A stretch of 62,169 nucleotides of DNA, counting the filler, from Rhabdomonas costata (Eukaryota): assembly GCA_019059605.1 (NCBI GenBank). It is 27 parts of 27 records of this genome, joined end to end, with 100 filler letters (N's around TTAATTAATTAA, not from the genome) between each part and the next. Parts side by side here need not be neighbours in the genome. Positions count along the whole stretch, not along the records: positions 34,618 to 36,823 come from JAHMHO010004858.1; positions 36,924 to 39,127 come from JAHMHO010004859.1; positions 39,228 to 41,429 come from JAHMHO010004860.1; positions 41,530 to 43,732 come from JAHMHO010004861.1; positions 43,833 to 46,036 come from JAHMHO010004862.1; positions 46,137 to 48,339 come from JAHMHO010004863.1; positions 48,440 to 50,642 come from JAHMHO010004864.1; 20 more parts are not named here. The stretch is one strand, 5' to 3'. The notes beneath the pieces were generated by a model, which was not told where the DNA came from, did not search any database, and saw nothing but the letters and a program-made list of their open reading frames with translations. The translations under genes were made by a program, and so were the position numbers. This document shows, piece by piece, positions 35,100 through 49,192 of this stretch. The stretch's first letter is position 1; each line of letters starts with the position of its first letter.

Positions 35100-36099
35100 A
35101 TTTTTCTTTCGAACACGACCGGCCCGCACACGCAGACATTGACAGGCCACACGCCCGGAGTATGATTCGCCCCCGAAGCCAATGCAAATTCCTAAACGCA
35201 ACCGTTTCCACGGCAAAGGGGTCGTCGGCCCACCTATATTTTGTGGCAACACGTTGTTGCCGCTTGCCGCAAGACATGAATCTTCCCAACATTAACGTAA
35301 CTGCCGGCGGTGGCCGATACAATTGATCCTTTTGCAATACATATATGCCTACCTACCAATATGCTATGTATTCCAACTTAAATATGTGTGTAATGTTCCG
35401 CTTCCCTCCTACGCGTGTCTTGCCCCATTGCTATAATGCTTTCCCTTAGAATGCCGATGTATCCATCGGCGCTATTATTTTAGATTTTACTTTTCTTACA
35501 CCACAAATTCCGCGGCCTGCCTTGGGGATCTCCAAAATGCATGGTGCAATCATTATCCATTCCTTACAGAAAAGTTTTTCCGAAATCTTAACGGAAAACA
35601 AGGCCTTGAATTGGGCTTTTTGGCGTTAAAATTCGTGGAAACGGGAAATTAGTGCCAATAGAAGGGCGTTTGGCAAGTTGTGACTTGATAGAGCCTATGA
35701 ATACTTTGTAGTTCCCGAGGAGCATCTGCAGCACACAAAGAGATTTACAAAATGCGACGATGCGTAATACAAAGGGAAAAGCAAATGCTGGCACACCGGC
35801 GTGAAGGATGGCGGGCATGTTCCAGCCAACATGTAAATTATTTCTCTTATCAGATCACAAGACCAAAATCTTAAATAAAATACGCTGCAGGAGGGTCGAA
35901 AACATCAGTTTGTTGCTCACTTTATCTAGATCACTCGAGTATTCCATCTTGTATTTTTTTGTGGTGCTGCACCAAAGAAGCTTCAAGAATGTATGTATAT
36001 GCGTCACAGCGCCGTATTCTTTGCACTCAAATTGTATTCCACTTATTTCATATTCTTCTGTGATCTATGGTGTATGCTTTATAAGCACTCTTTTTATGC

Positions 36100-36700
36100 A
36101 TACCAACTGTAAAGTGGTGGCTTATTGTCAACTATTAATGGCACCTTTTATGAAGATACGCAAATCTCATTGCAGGGAACTGGTCGAATCAGCAGGAATG
36201 TTGGCAGAGACTTACAGTAGCTCTTTGTATGGCCGCCGCCAAACATCTGTCTGGCTCAATCTCAAGATGGCTGGATTTTGGCACATAATTTCAGCAGAGA
36301 TGTGCATATAAAGCACATTATTCCAGCAAGTTAATCACTCATTCACGTGGTATGTGATGGGTGGTAATGGTGGGTTGACTTTCGTCTAAACAATTATCAG
36401 AAAACGCTACGCACTAGCACTCCAAAATACACCAGTTACGGTCATGTTGGTGTTCAAATGAACGAACTTCCCTGCCGAACAAAATCTGGTAGGATTTTTG
36501 TGGCCTCTTAATGACCAGGCATCTAAGAACATATTGAAAAGTGCAGGTGGATGGTAGGCACGAACACGATCTGCGATGTAGTTTTGTGGATTGGCCTGGA
36601 TGGGCTGTGTCTTTACAAAGTGGCTGCCCATGGACCACTTTCCAGGTATGCTGGTGCACTGAAACCAAAAGATGAAGTAAAAACGATCGGAAGCAAACAA
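36100..36700 (-). mobile_element. Probable decayed hAT (DUF659-type) transposase
   Basis: FQCTSIP...SHFV, LDAWS and LIRPV..RFAY occur in the expected order, with stops and frameshifts. Confidence 0.35.
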
Positions 36701-36958
36701 AAGCAGAGATAGTTGTCAAATTAATTTCAACACAAACCAGTTTGCTGCGCAAACTTTCGTTTCGCACATGAAAGACACAAAACACTTCACGTGGCCAGTG
36801 AATTGGAGGCGCTCAACAAAACANNNNNNNNNNNNNNNNNNNNNNNNNNNNNNNNNNNNNNNNNNNNTTAATTAATTAANNNNNNNNNNNNNNNNNNNNN
36901 NNNNNNNNNNNNNNNNNNNNNNNTGGGGTGGCTGACCCGCCTCGGACCCGCATCCTGC

Positions 36959-37087
36959 CTTGCCGTGCCATAGCGTCGCCGCGCTCAGCCACACCGCCGT
37001 GGACAGCGCGTTCCACACCTTGGCGTCCAGGTCCGCGGCGGTCCCGCCCGCATGGGCGCTGCTGGTCTTCAGCTTCTTGATCAGCAT
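36959..37087 (-). CDS. First exon of a hypothetical protein
   Basis: ATG after a pyrimidine-rich tract; strongly codon-biased MLIKKLKTSSAHAGG...WHGK; ends at AAG|GC. Confidence 0.5.
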
Positions 37088-37868
37088 TTTTTGTGAAAGA
37101 GATGGGTAAGGGGGTAATCCGCCATGAGTGTCCGCGGCCCCAACGGAGAAACCCCATCCTGCTTCCCGGCCAGTACCGCTTATCCTTGTGCTTGTGTGGC
37201 TTTTCCAAAGGATCTTTGGCCCCGCCTGGCCCCATGGGAAGCATGTGCGGGAACAGCCGGTCGGCGGGTACTAGGCTCGGGATGCTGCGGGAATCAGTGC
37301 CAAGATTGCACGCATTGTCTCTTTGAGCGCACTGTGGCCAGGGTTGCGTTTTAATGTTGGGGTGCCTTGGTCAATGGAGAGGGCACGGCTATGAAGGGGC
37401 ACCGCGATTCACGACCGCTTTCCCTACGAGGACTTAACACGCCCAAAATACCCTGAAGAGCTCGTCCGGGCGGGGGAAAGGCGGGGGAAGCCGAAACCCA
37501 CACGCGCAAGCGAACACAGCCAAAATGGCAGAAAGGAATGCCCTTTACCCCGCCCCGAACCCTTGGTATTGTTCGTTTGCCGATGCTGCGTTGCGCCGGG
37601 GTTTTTCGGGGGGCGGCGGGCAAAAAAAAACTCTGGTTAATCAAAGAGTTTGTCAACCAAGAGCGTTGCGAGGGATTCGCGGGACGGAGCATTCAAGCAG
37701 CAAAGAGAGTTCGGGCACAAAGATCAAAGCTGGAACGAATTTTCTTACGCAAATTACAAAAAAAACGGTGGGCTGTCTTGATCAATTCTCTTTAGCTTAT
37801 TTAAAATAGATTGAATGGACGGCTTCTATACTGAATTCTGATTCTGATATTGAGAAGATAACACCACG

Positions 37869-38872
37869 TCACTTGCTCACTGCTGCACGCACTGGTCCAA
37901 AGGTAAGTCGGTGAATTGGGCAAGGGCCCAACTTTCGCAGCGCGGCAATGTGTTCAGCCGTAGGATAGCTGCAAAGAAAAACACTGCGTCACAAAGCGCG
38001 GTTATCCGTGGCCGAATTAGAAATGAAAATAAGGAGCATAGGATGAATCTCGCAAGAAGCAATTAAGCAAACAAACACTTCCACTTCATTCATCATGAAC
38101 TATGACATGACACAAAAGGTGCAAGACATTAACACTGCACGCACGGTTTTGCAAAAGAAAAAAAGGCGCACGTCGTTGGGTTCCGTCTGTCATAATTTCA
38201 AGGCTTTCCATTCCCGCTGCCGGACAACCATATTCTCAACGTTTTTACAGTAATGTTGCTGCACTTGATGCGGGAATAGAAGCTTGTGCTGTCGCGCAAC
38301 ATTTAATGCCGCACTCGTATAATCCTGTTCGTGACTGCGGGTGATATGGGAGTAATTGAGAGCGAAAGGATTAAAATACACACTGCAACCCAACTTTAAT
38401 TTTTCGGCTGTTTATTCCACCCCAAATGGTGGACACCATTTACACAAAGCGGATCCTCGGCAATCAAACGAATCCCAGAGCTTGAAGCACAGGTGGGGGC
38501 GCCTGCACACCCCTTGTGCTTTGCAAAGTTGTACGCGGGCCACCTCTTGTGGTAGCATTGCATCAGGCGGTCCCTTGTCACCTTCGCCAGCACCGAGGCC
38601 GCCGCAATGGAGAAGCACAGACCATCTCCGCCCTTCACCGCAGTGACGGTGACCCCCTCTGCTCCGCCCTTTCGTTGCAGCAGAGGGGGCACAAACGGGC
38701 CGTCAACCAGCACCAACGCAGCACGGGACGCACTACTGGAGCCTTCCCTCACGTCGGGACTGGGAAGCCTTCGCAAGAGTTTTAAAGCTGCTGTAGACAT
38801 CGCCAGTAAGGAGGCCTGGAGGATGTTCGTGCGGTCGATTTGGGTGTTGCTTATTGCCGCCGTCTCGTATAA
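37869..38872 (-). CDS. rnhB: Ribonuclease HII, bacterial type, 3' part; exons 38872-38511 and 37968-37869
   Basis: [74 protein letters not shown], then stop. Phase-2 GT-AG intron. Confidence 0.93.
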
Positions 38873-40799
38873 CTGCGGGGTGAAGGGAAGCCCGTGGAAA
38901 AGCGTTCCTGTCTTGGTGGTCACCAAGAAGGCACCAAAGAGAAGGCAAGGAACGCACTCCAAAGCGCAGACCTTGTCACCGTAAATACAGCCCACTTCAC
39001 GTGAGGATTCACATGATCCCAGTCACAGATGTAAACAGTCTGGCGCCACGCAACACTGCACTCGTTCGAGAGATACATGTGAAAAGATGCAGAGAAGACG
39101 GGGGCGAGAGAGTGCAGCACACCACAANNNNNNNNNNNNNNNNNNNNNNNNNNNNNNNNNNNNNNNNNNNNTTAATTAATTAANNNNNNNNNNNNNNNNN
39201 NNNNNNNNNNNNNNNNNNNNNNNNNNNGTGTGGGGAGGAGCAGCAAACTCCACAGTGCATTCACGAGTGGATGGGACGAGTGGACGAAAAGGGACAGACT
39301 GAAGTGAGGTTAGCGGTGGGCAGGTGACCACAAGTATTCGCGGCGATGCTCTTTCTCTCCACTGAGACAGTCTGTGTTCGCCCTACCGATGCCTGTGAGG
39401 AGTTTTGCATGGTCGCTCGTTCCTTCGTCTCCAGGCTCAAGCTGAGCGCAGTTGAAGAGCTGCCCATGCGCGTGCTCTCTCTTCATCTCTTTCTCCTTCT
39501 TCTTCTCTGGTGCTTCTGTTGCTTCTCCTTCGGCGGTGGACTCCTGCCCCCCGCTTCTGTGCATATTATGTGTGTAGCTGAACGTACTGTGTGTCCCCTG
39601 GTTTTGGTGAGCCCTGTTTCAAGAATGTCTCGGGAAACCCTGAGAGAAGGAGACGGATGTACGGTAACCGGGTGTAGATCTGACTCAGAATACAAATTAA
39701 TTCTTTTTCCTGAAATTTCTGTCATGTCTGCAAAATTCTGCCATGTGCCCCGCAAAATGGCGAAGTAGTGTCAATGCCAAGCAAACGCACCGATTTCGCA
39801 CAGCACAGCGATGACCCCAACCACAGCGACCACCCCAACGGGTAAAATGGCCGGGATGAAACGCACCTTCACCAGGATGTATCCAGATTGTTCCTGGCCT
39901 GTTCCTGATCAACTCCACGCCCTTCTGAAACTTAAAAACGTCATCCTGAGCAACCAATACCTTGGAAGGCTATCCAAGGTTATTATTATCATCACCTCAT
40001 GGGTGGGCTTCAAAACAAGCAAAAATACGACCACCCCGTTTCCTTCAACTTTGGCAACTTGCAGGGACGGAGTTTTCCTAAATTCACCGTTGAACCATAG
40101 GAACTTTGACTTCTGCAAATTTTGGAACGGTTCTGTTCTTCTTCCCTGGTAGTCGCCGTGCCCCGCCCATGTTCAATGCATCTTTTTGCTAACGGATTGT
40201 CCGGGAAGCGGAAGCGGCCGGCAATGCAATCCACCTTTGATCGCCGGAAGATCTGGAAAGAACGCCCTTTGCACAAAACACCGCTTCTTGGACGGGTTTG
40301 GCCCGTCTTTTTGCGGTCTGAATGCGTAAAATGGCGGGTTGCGCGAAACGCCCCGATTCCAGGAAAGAAGGCGCAGTCGGCAAGGAAAGTGGGAGATGGG
40401 ACCCGTAGTCCGCATCGCCAAACGGGCGCAGGGACTTGCCACCAGGCCCTCTTTTGGTGAATTTTGCGGCGCTTTGAGCGCAGAGGTTTATCGAGAACAA
40501 GTTGCCCAACACATGGCCACGACCACGTGACCGGGCATTTTCCACCGGGGGGCGTCCGGGTCATTAACGCCGTTTGTGATGAAGCACCAACGCCCGAGCG
40601 AGCAAAATGGTAGAGAGCAAGAAATAGATTGCCCATACCTTGCCCAGATTCAACATAGAAAAAAGGGACGCGCAAAGGGAAACGCAGACTTGCTGCTGAA
40701 CGGTCGGCGCGCGGTACCGTTGATGCGGATCCTGTGGCCGAGTCTCCCGTTCATCCGGTATAACTTTATAACTTCAAGTGGTGGTGTTCTTGTCGTTTC

Positions 40800-41429
40800 A
40801 CCCCACAAACCAACACACCGACATCTGAACCTTCACGGAAACCCATACCAACCTACCAGCTTGTTCCGCCACTCATATTACACACCACACCACGCCCAGC
40901 CCAGCCCACGACACTAACCACACCACTGGTTCCAACAAACACACTCCTACCTCACACAACAACAGGAGACGTGAACACAAGCACCCAGAACAGAGACTCG
41001 GCATGGTTAAAGAGACTGAGACCTGACGCACCACATGACACACCTGACACCAACCTGACGCTGACACTGACCCTGACGCACCACCTGACACACATGACAC
41101 ACCTGACACACCTACAGCCACAGACCCACAACACAAGCCCTGAGACCAACAACCACACCATGACACCACCAACCATACGCGTAACAACAGAACAGGAACA
41201 GTAACAGTAACGCTTAGCACCAACATCCACAGTAACAGGAACGCTAAACCTACGCACAGTAACACCAGCATGAACCCTACGAAGCATGAACTCTACGCAC
41301 CAACAACCAGTAACATAACACACACGTATACAGTAAGAGTAAGAGTAACAACTACGGGTACAGAAGGAACCGGTACAGAAACAGAACCATATGGGTAAGA
41401 GGTAACATCCACAGAAGCACACACACCAC
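40800..41429. repeat. A/C-rich low-complexity tract with imperfect short repeats
   Basis: Repeated cacctgac/catgac and agtaac units; strong strand skew. Confidence 0.7.
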
Positions 41430-42054
41430 NNNNNNNNNNNNNNNNNNNNNNNNNNNNNNNNNNNNNNNNNNNNTTAATTAATTAANNNNNNNNNNNNNNN
41501 NNNNNNNNNNNNNNNNNNNNNNNNNNNNNGGGTGTGGGGGTGATGGTAGAACGGACTTTTCGGTCAGATCATCTGACAATGCAAAAATCCAGAAGGGGGG
41601 GTGGCACTTTGACAATAAATGATGCTACCGCAGTCAAAACACAGCAGAGCATTTGGCTGGCGGTCTTACCAGCAAGGCGAGTGCTTGGCAGCACCAGAGG
41701 GAATCTCTTTGAGATAAATTGCTACCAACGCCCATCATCCCAGGGCATTCCGCACAGCCTTCAGGTGCCGATAACTTGAATCACACGCATTTCCTTTAAA
41801 TCATATAAACCAAAAACGTGTTTCCAAGGGTAACCTTCAATTTCGTCCCTTCCACGCTCACCACTCCCTATGACACAGGCGTATAAGCTGCACCTCCAAG
41901 GGGAATGGCACCGGTCCCGTGTGGCCCACAATCGTGTCCGACTCAGCAGAGAAAACTTCGAACTCAAACACAGCAACAGCAGAGGTGCAAAAGCACCAGC
42001 AGCACTCCCATCGGAGCTCGCCGTTTGGTCCTCGGCTGCACACCAACAAAACAA

Positions 42055-43732
42055 CCGCCCCCTGCCAACCAGATTGGTGATAGTGGTGAAGCGTTGCAGT
42101 GTTTCGCCAAACTGCACACCAACCGGAATGTATGTCATGCAAAAGTTGAAGGGCAACAGGTTCCTTGGCAAAGGGACGTGGTGACAATCTTGGGGAATGC
42201 TGCTCGCACTACGCGGATGTGCGTGAATGTTTGCAACGCGCTTCTAATGTAAACTTAGCGGATCGTCACGGTGCGATACCATGTGGAGTGCAAAACAGAG
42301 CAAAAGAAAAAGCATAGTAAATGAAAACTGCATGCGACGAGGGCGGCGACTGCATCGTAAACGCTGCATCCGCCCTATACTGCATGTCCTGTAGATCCTC
42401 AATAGAGAATGGATACGCACTAACATGACGAGAATCGTCATATGCTGGCATAGACGTTTTCCTGGCCTGTTCAGGAAGTTTGCGAAAAACACGGTATCTG
42501 CAGCATGAGTCCTTTCGCACGCTTCTCTCTCCCTCCGGATCAACCCACTTTCACCCATGCACAAAAACCTTGCCAGGGGTGTGTTGCGCTGGTACGCGTC
42601 TCTTAGCGCATCACCGGAGACGAAGGGCAACGTCACAGGGCCGTTGACTCGGACGAAGAGCTTGTGGGCGTCAGCCTCCACAGTGATGTCTTTCGCCTCG
42701 GCGATAGTGAGAAAGAGCAGGTAGGGAGCAGTCCTGCACAGAGTAAGGCAGGTCAAACCCGTGCTTTGCATACAGGCATATACGGCCAGGGTAATCAGTT
42801 CACGAGGCGGGTTGCTGCTCGTCTTCGGGGTGGTAAGTTGCAAAAATAAAATCGGAACCACGCAGTTCGCAAACATAAACCCCTCCGTCCTCATCTCAAA
42901 GGTGATAAAGTGAGGCTTGGAAGAAAAGTGAAATGCAATAACATCTCCTATTTCAAACCCACTTCGTTCAACTGGATTTGCAAAACCGGTTTTCTCAAAT
43001 CCTTGCAAGGGCGCTTGGGCTTCGTTAAGACGAACGTGCTTGCTTTGGATTTCCAATGCGTTGTCAGAGCAGGGGACAGGGGAAGAAGGGTACCCATGGT
43101 TTTCCGGAAGGTCTTTGAGGCGCCGGATCCTAGCCACGGCCCATTCCGAGCACCAGACCTCCGGGAAGCTGCACTGCAAGGTGGCCGCCGGGGAGGCAGG
43201 GGATCTCATGGACCTTAAGGACGCACCTGAGGCCGCAGAACTCGAAGACTGGGGCCTCACCGGGTCCCTTAAGTGGGCAAGCAGAGCGTCGTGGGAGCCC
43301 CAGCTTGGACTGTCGGTCCAGCATGGGGCACTCGGGGAGATGCCGTCCACCCGCCGAAGATAGAAGTATCTGTTTTTCATTGTGCAGGCGCTAAAAGATT
43401 GTGGAGAAACGAATACAACCACATTTAGACCATTCTTCAGACCATTAGCAAGCTGGAAGAATCCGACTCGTCACCATCTCACCATTAAGCTGAAAAAAAG
43501 GGACACGGAGTAGTGCAGGAGTAACGTTCCCAGACCTACAATCGCCCAGGCCCACGGGATGACGGTAGTGCGCATGGATGAAGCGGAAAAGGAGGTGGAC
43601 GGTGGCATACCCTGCAAGCACCCGAGGGGTGAGTGCGAGAGAAGAGTCGGGTTGTGGCAGGAAGCCCTGCTCGGTGGCCACGGCGGAAGTCGTGATCTGC
43701 CCGATCAGAACTTCACCGCCGAGAAGACCCTT
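42055..43732 (-). CDS. Multi-exon hypothetical protein (boundaries uncertain)
   Basis: GC-rich coding-like blocks at about 43732-43535, 43380-43093, 42697-42555 and 42165-42060. No family recognised. Confidence 0.4.
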
Positions 43733-44079
43733 NNNNNNNNNNNNNNNNNNNNNNNNNNNNNNNNNNNNNNNNNNNNTTAATTAATTAANNNNNNNNNNNN
43801 NNNNNNNNNNNNNNNNNNNNNNNNNNNNNNNNGGGGTGTTTACCATCCTGTTGTCGACATCCTCTACCGCATACACGGGCAACAGGATGGTAAACACATC
43901 CACGCCGACACTCGCCAATAATGTGTTCCTGATGAACCAGCTCGAATACTGTTGGACTACTGACTGGTCGATTGCCTATAAGATCCCTAAATCTTCGAAT
44001 ATTTTTTCGACCCCAACACCAACGAGATTCACAATGAAAAGAGGTAGCAAATACAGCCGATTTTGTGCCGATGACAAAA

Positions 44080-45300
44080 TCTTCGTGCCAAACAGTTTGT
44101 TGAATGAGATTATCACCGCGCCACGCAATCAATCGTCGCGGGTCACTTGTGGATTCGTCTTACAGTCAGCATAATACACCGTTAGTTATTATTCCAACGG
44201 ATGCGAACACTGGTGCGCCAACACATTGATTCTTGCGACGTCTGTCAACACGCCAAATATGATCATCATAAGTCTAGAGGACTGATTGAACGAGTTTCAA
44301 TTCCAACCCAGAAATGGCAGTCAATCTGCATGGACTGGATCGTCAAGCTCACGCCGATTGAGCTGGATTGTATTACCTACGACTCAGTGCTGACATTAAC
44401 AGACCGCGCCGCGAAGATGGCTCACTTCATACCAACTTGGACCAGTTCCTTCTTTATGTGGTGAAGTACCACAACCACCCCTGCTCCATCATCTCCAACC
44501 GAGACTTGCTATTCATGCCAGCATTTTGTGAGACTGTCTGTTCCTACATCAACATCCGACAATCGAGCGCATTTCATCCTCAGACCAATGGACAGGCCGA
44601 AATATGAATGCCACAATCAAACAATTGCTTCTTGTGGCTCAATACGAAGACGTGTTGTGGATCGATGTTTTGGACTTTGTCAATATGGCGGTTAACAACG
44701 CACTCTTGTCAAGACGATTTGCCTTACTAACTCAATCTTGGCTATCACCAGACCTTCTACACCGACATACCACCGTACAAGGGTCATCTCAAGCATATGA
44801 ATAAACGGCACCAGCAGTCGACTTAACCTTGGCAGATTGGAACCACATTTCGGCGTTTTTTCATCAGCATCGGGCATGTAATTTAAGCGAAAGAATCGGA
44901 ATCATCAAGAGCACCGCTTCAAGTCTGTGACCTTGTTCTCTTCAGCTCGCGGAAGCATGAGAGGTCACAAATCCGAGGTGTGCACCGGTTAGCCCCAAAG
45001 AAAACCGTCCCATTCATCATTAGCGAGGCAATATGACCTCGGGCGTTTAAGCTGAATTTACCAAGTTGGATTACCAGGATGTTTTGCAATGCCTTCCACG
45101 TAAGTTACCTCATCCTGTATATCTTGTGCATCCCTGGCGAGGAACATCCCCAACCCCTCGTAGAAGGGGAAATCGAAGTTGAAGACGAACCCCGACCGCC
45201 CGACGGAACGTTGCGGTCACTTCACCAGGCAGGCAATGTTCCTACTGCCGATGAGGATGACGTGGAAGAGTTTCTACCAGACGACGGCTCGAATGACCAA
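44080..45300 (+). pseudogene. Decayed Ty3/gypsy integrase
   Basis: SCDVCQHAK (zinc finger), WQSICMDWIVKL, LTDRAAKMAHFIP, PCSIISNRD, SSAFHPQTNGQAE, and a GPY/F-like PF...AFKLNLP...NAFHVSYL; many frameshifts. Confidence 0.9.
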
Positions 45301-46462
45301 CCTAATGGTTTCTCAGTCCATCAGAGAGCTGTTGGTTTAAATTTCCTTGCAGCAAAAGGTTTCTTATGTACGGACATTTCCAAGTTTTTTCCTCAGTGCC
45401 ATCCAACTTTTTGGTTCCATTGGCGTTGAAAAATAGTGTCTGGTAACAATTTGGGAAGCGGGAAGGTAAAGAAACTCAGAATCACATCACTCCCATGAGA
45501 AAACGCCGACAACATCACCACAAATGGACTGATCCCACCCACCAACCAAACGTTTTTGAGAGAGTGCGGCAAGCGCGACTTAACAGAATATGACCAAGCG
45601 CGCGCGGACAAACCCACAGGCTACGGGCAAGAGTCGAGAGCAATAACTCCCCGCTAAATAAACAAAACCCACTGCACAAGGCGGTTGCTTCCTCCCCTCT
45701 TGTTTGTATCGTTCTTGTCCCTTGCTTTTTACCTGCACAGTTGTCAGTTGCATCGGTCCATCGCAAAACATAGTTGGAACAGTTGTACGCCAGTCTAGCC
45801 GCGTCCGCAACGTTTCACTCAGCCATTTCATCGATTTCCATTACCATGTCTCTCTATGACGTTCGGAATCTCCTAGACCAATTCCTCTCCATGGCCAATG
45901 CATTGGAGACGAGCAGTGCCCAGAATAGGTAATTTCAATCAGCACTCGAATTTGCTCAAGCAATATCGTAGTCGAGAACAGGATGAAAGCAGCCGACACG
46001 TAACAGATCAGCCGATGGCCCCCATCCACCCCACACNNNNNNNNNNNNNNNNNNNNNNNNNNNNNNNNNNNNNNNNNNNNTTAATTAATTAANNNNNNNN
46101 NNNNNNNNNNNNNNNNNNNNNNNNNNNNNNNNNNNNGGTGGGTTTGGGTGGGTAGGGGCCCACGCAGTGCGAGCACGGCTGCATCCCGTGCACGAGCAAC
46201 CCTTCAGGGGTCAGATACTCCCTGTGGAGAGGGGTGCGCCATAAATCGGCATCCGCGCGCAACGATATGAGGTGCAACGGAGTGGGGGGCAGCAACGAAA
46301 ATTTCATTTGGGAGATTAACAGTGTCAAAAGATAAAAATGGCTGGCTCACTGAGAAACAAGGGGACCCGCGCGCGAGTACTGCAGGGAATTCCCTAAAAG
46401 GAAAGCAGTCAACAGATGAGCTTGGCACTCGGTAAAAAGCCACACACACACACACACACACC

Positions 46463-47835
46463 AGGGCATGGCGCCAGTGTATCCCAAGCAAGGGCCGCAG
46501 ACCGGTGGAGTTGTCGGGAGTGGTGGGACAGACGGTGTGGTGGGGATTCCCGCCAAGTGGAACCAAGGCTGAGGCATCACAGAGGTCATCACGGGCGAGG
46601 TCACAGGCGCCATGAACGGAGGCTGCCCTTCCGCCACAAGGCCCCTGCGCCTGCAGAGAGGAAAAGAATGCATAGTGGAGGGAAGGAGGAAGGGCCCTGT
46701 CTACAAGCGGTAGCAGTGGTTCGAGGTGCATGCGACCCTTGCTCCCCAAGCCTGCTCCGAACACCTCCCAGTTGCACTAAAAAGATGAACAGACAGAGTT
46801 TCTCTTACCTCACCGAAGCCACCAGAACTCAATTCCCGGAGGCGGGCAGGGCAAAGAAGCAGAGCAAAGCATCAACAGAGACCGGTTCTCCTCGCAGGTC
46901 GGGCAGCTCGCACAGACGGGCTGGGCAGGGAGAAGAGGGGAAGTCCCTCGGGTGGCCACGGGCTCGGTGATGGGGAGGGGAACTTCAGCCTCCGGAGAAA
47001 GGCTAGGGTGCAGTGGGGTGTGCAGGAACTTGCACTTCCACCGCTTCAGAGAGCACGTGCCCTGAGGACACAGAGGCGTGTTACAGCGTATCATTACGAT
47101 GGAAGGGACTTCGCACAAGTCGAACGTGAGAAATCCAGGAAAATGATCAGGTTACATCGCCTTACCAGGATGTCGGCAGGGGGTGCGCAAAGGTGACTGA
47201 AGGCTAATCGGTGCTTGGCCACAGACAGGAGAGCTGAACAGTGTCTCCGTGGGTCAAAGACATCATCAATCGGGGCAGGTCTGAGGTCATGAATATGCCT
47301 CACCCAGAACACCACCATAAAGCCCCTCTGAACTTCCTTGGTCGACGGAACAAGACAGAGTTCAGCAAACACACAGCTTGGTGAATGAGGATATCCATGT
47401 GTTGGCGTTTGATGGTATGACTACACATCTTACCCAAACCCACAAGAGCACAACCAAGGCCGGGCGCCAGACCTTCAAGAAGTCCCTGCAGATGATCTGG
47501 CTGGGGTCCTGTTCAACGGGAGGCTGCGGGATACCTGGGGCACAATCCACCTGAAAACAGCAACGACAGCCGGAGGTCAGAGGACGGAGTGAAAACAATA
47601 ATGCATTCTCGGAGGCGCAAGAACCCAGCACGGAATGGTGAACGCGTGCGCATACGACCAAAGATGAAGAGAGCAAATGCACCCAGACACATCCACAAAT
47701 CTTTCTGAGGCCGCAAACCGCACACCGCACACACACCTGCGGCTGAGGCTGCGAGAGCACCTGCCGCTGCTCATCGGTCTGGGCCTGCAGCACAGCCAAG
47801 GTGCTCTGCAGCAGCTTCTGCACCTCCCGAAGTTG
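46463..47835 (-). CDS. CCCH zinc-finger protein; exons 47835-47737, 47550-47473, 47061-46814, ~46650-46463
   Basis: A coiled-coil-like exon, then spliced ICRDFLK|GTCSLKRWKCKFLH and a Pro-rich tail; phases are compatible. Confidence 0.75.
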
Positions 47836-49192
47836 CTGCGGGGGGCAGTGAGGCGTGCGAAGCGCAATAGAGAAGCCCCAAACAGCCATGAGGCTTGAAT
47901 CCGGAGATGCTTGGATGGAGTGCTTGTTGGGGTGTTGGCTTCGGAACTCCAGACCTTTTGCGAGCTGTGGTATTTCCGTATTACCGTAAATGCACTTCGC
48001 AGTGAGACCCCTCTTCATCGATCGAATAGTCAATCGTCACTCCTCAGTGCATTGCATGCCGCAGGTCCCAAGTTTGTATCGTCGACACGGGAAGTCAGCC
48101 TTATCTAAGAACCTTCAAAAAAGTCTCGTCGTAGAACAGCCACGGGAGCTTTTGAAAAAAGGGTCTTTTGGGGGGTGGGGGGCACAATGTCCCCAACTCA
48201 AGTAATCTATGCAACTGCCCTTGGCTTCTGCGCCACAAGGGACATTTCAATTAACCCCATTCCAATTAACCAAACCAGTCCGCACTTCTTCTAAATGCGC
48301 GAGGATAATGAAAAATCCACTGTTGTCTCCCAACACACANNNNNNNNNNNNNNNNNNNNNNNNNNNNNNNNNNNNNNNNNNNNTTAATTAATTAANNNNN
48401 NNNNNNNNNNNNNNNNNNNNNNNNNNNNNNNNNNNNNNNGGGTTTGTGGTGAAGACAATTGAACAAAAGCCAATTAAACAAGAAAGGGCAGTGGGTGATG
48501 AAGGAAGTGAGGAGAATCGGATAAATAGGAAAGAGAACGAGAAGAGAAAAGAGGTAGCGGAGCAATAGCGCAGCGTTAGAGGCGAAAGCACACCAAGAGT
48601 GCTGTTTGCTTTGTGTTCTGTGCCCCCGGACTGACGGAGCGGGGTTTCTTTTTTGAATCACCTTGTCCTCTGCAATTTATTTTATTTTCAGAGCCTTTTT
48701 TCACTTTTTGTTTATACTTTTCATGTTGTCCCACCTAGTGTCTCATTGAACATCTTGACCTGAGTGACTTGAGTGACTTGAGTTAGTGACTTGCCCTTGG
48801 GCTGCCGATTTTCCTGAAAGATCCTGCAAGTGCCTGGGCTCCGGTTTCGCGTTAAGTTTTGGAGCAGTAAACGGCATTTGACCCTACCTTCTGATCACGT
48901 AACCCTACTCCACCTCACACTGCTGCTGTGTTATCAACTCAAGGTGAAGACGTGTTCTCTGTGGTTCCCGGACACCAACCCAATAACAAAAGAGATTCTC
49001 TTTTTGCGCCCATCAGCTCGTCATCCCATTATAAACCCCATGGGGTGATAGCAAGAATAAAGCTGTTGAAACACACAGCAGGTTTTTGCGAGGAAAAGGC
49101 CCTGAGGTAACGCTCCCTTCAAAGAAGACAAGGGCAATTAAACGACATTTCGGGTTCTTTCGCGCTCAACTTCATGCTCCAGCTATATATAG

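Noticed and set aside
42244..43422. 392-aa ORF as a single-exon gene
   Set aside because: It alternates GC-rich coding blocks with intron-like text and internal splice sites; probably chance read-through.
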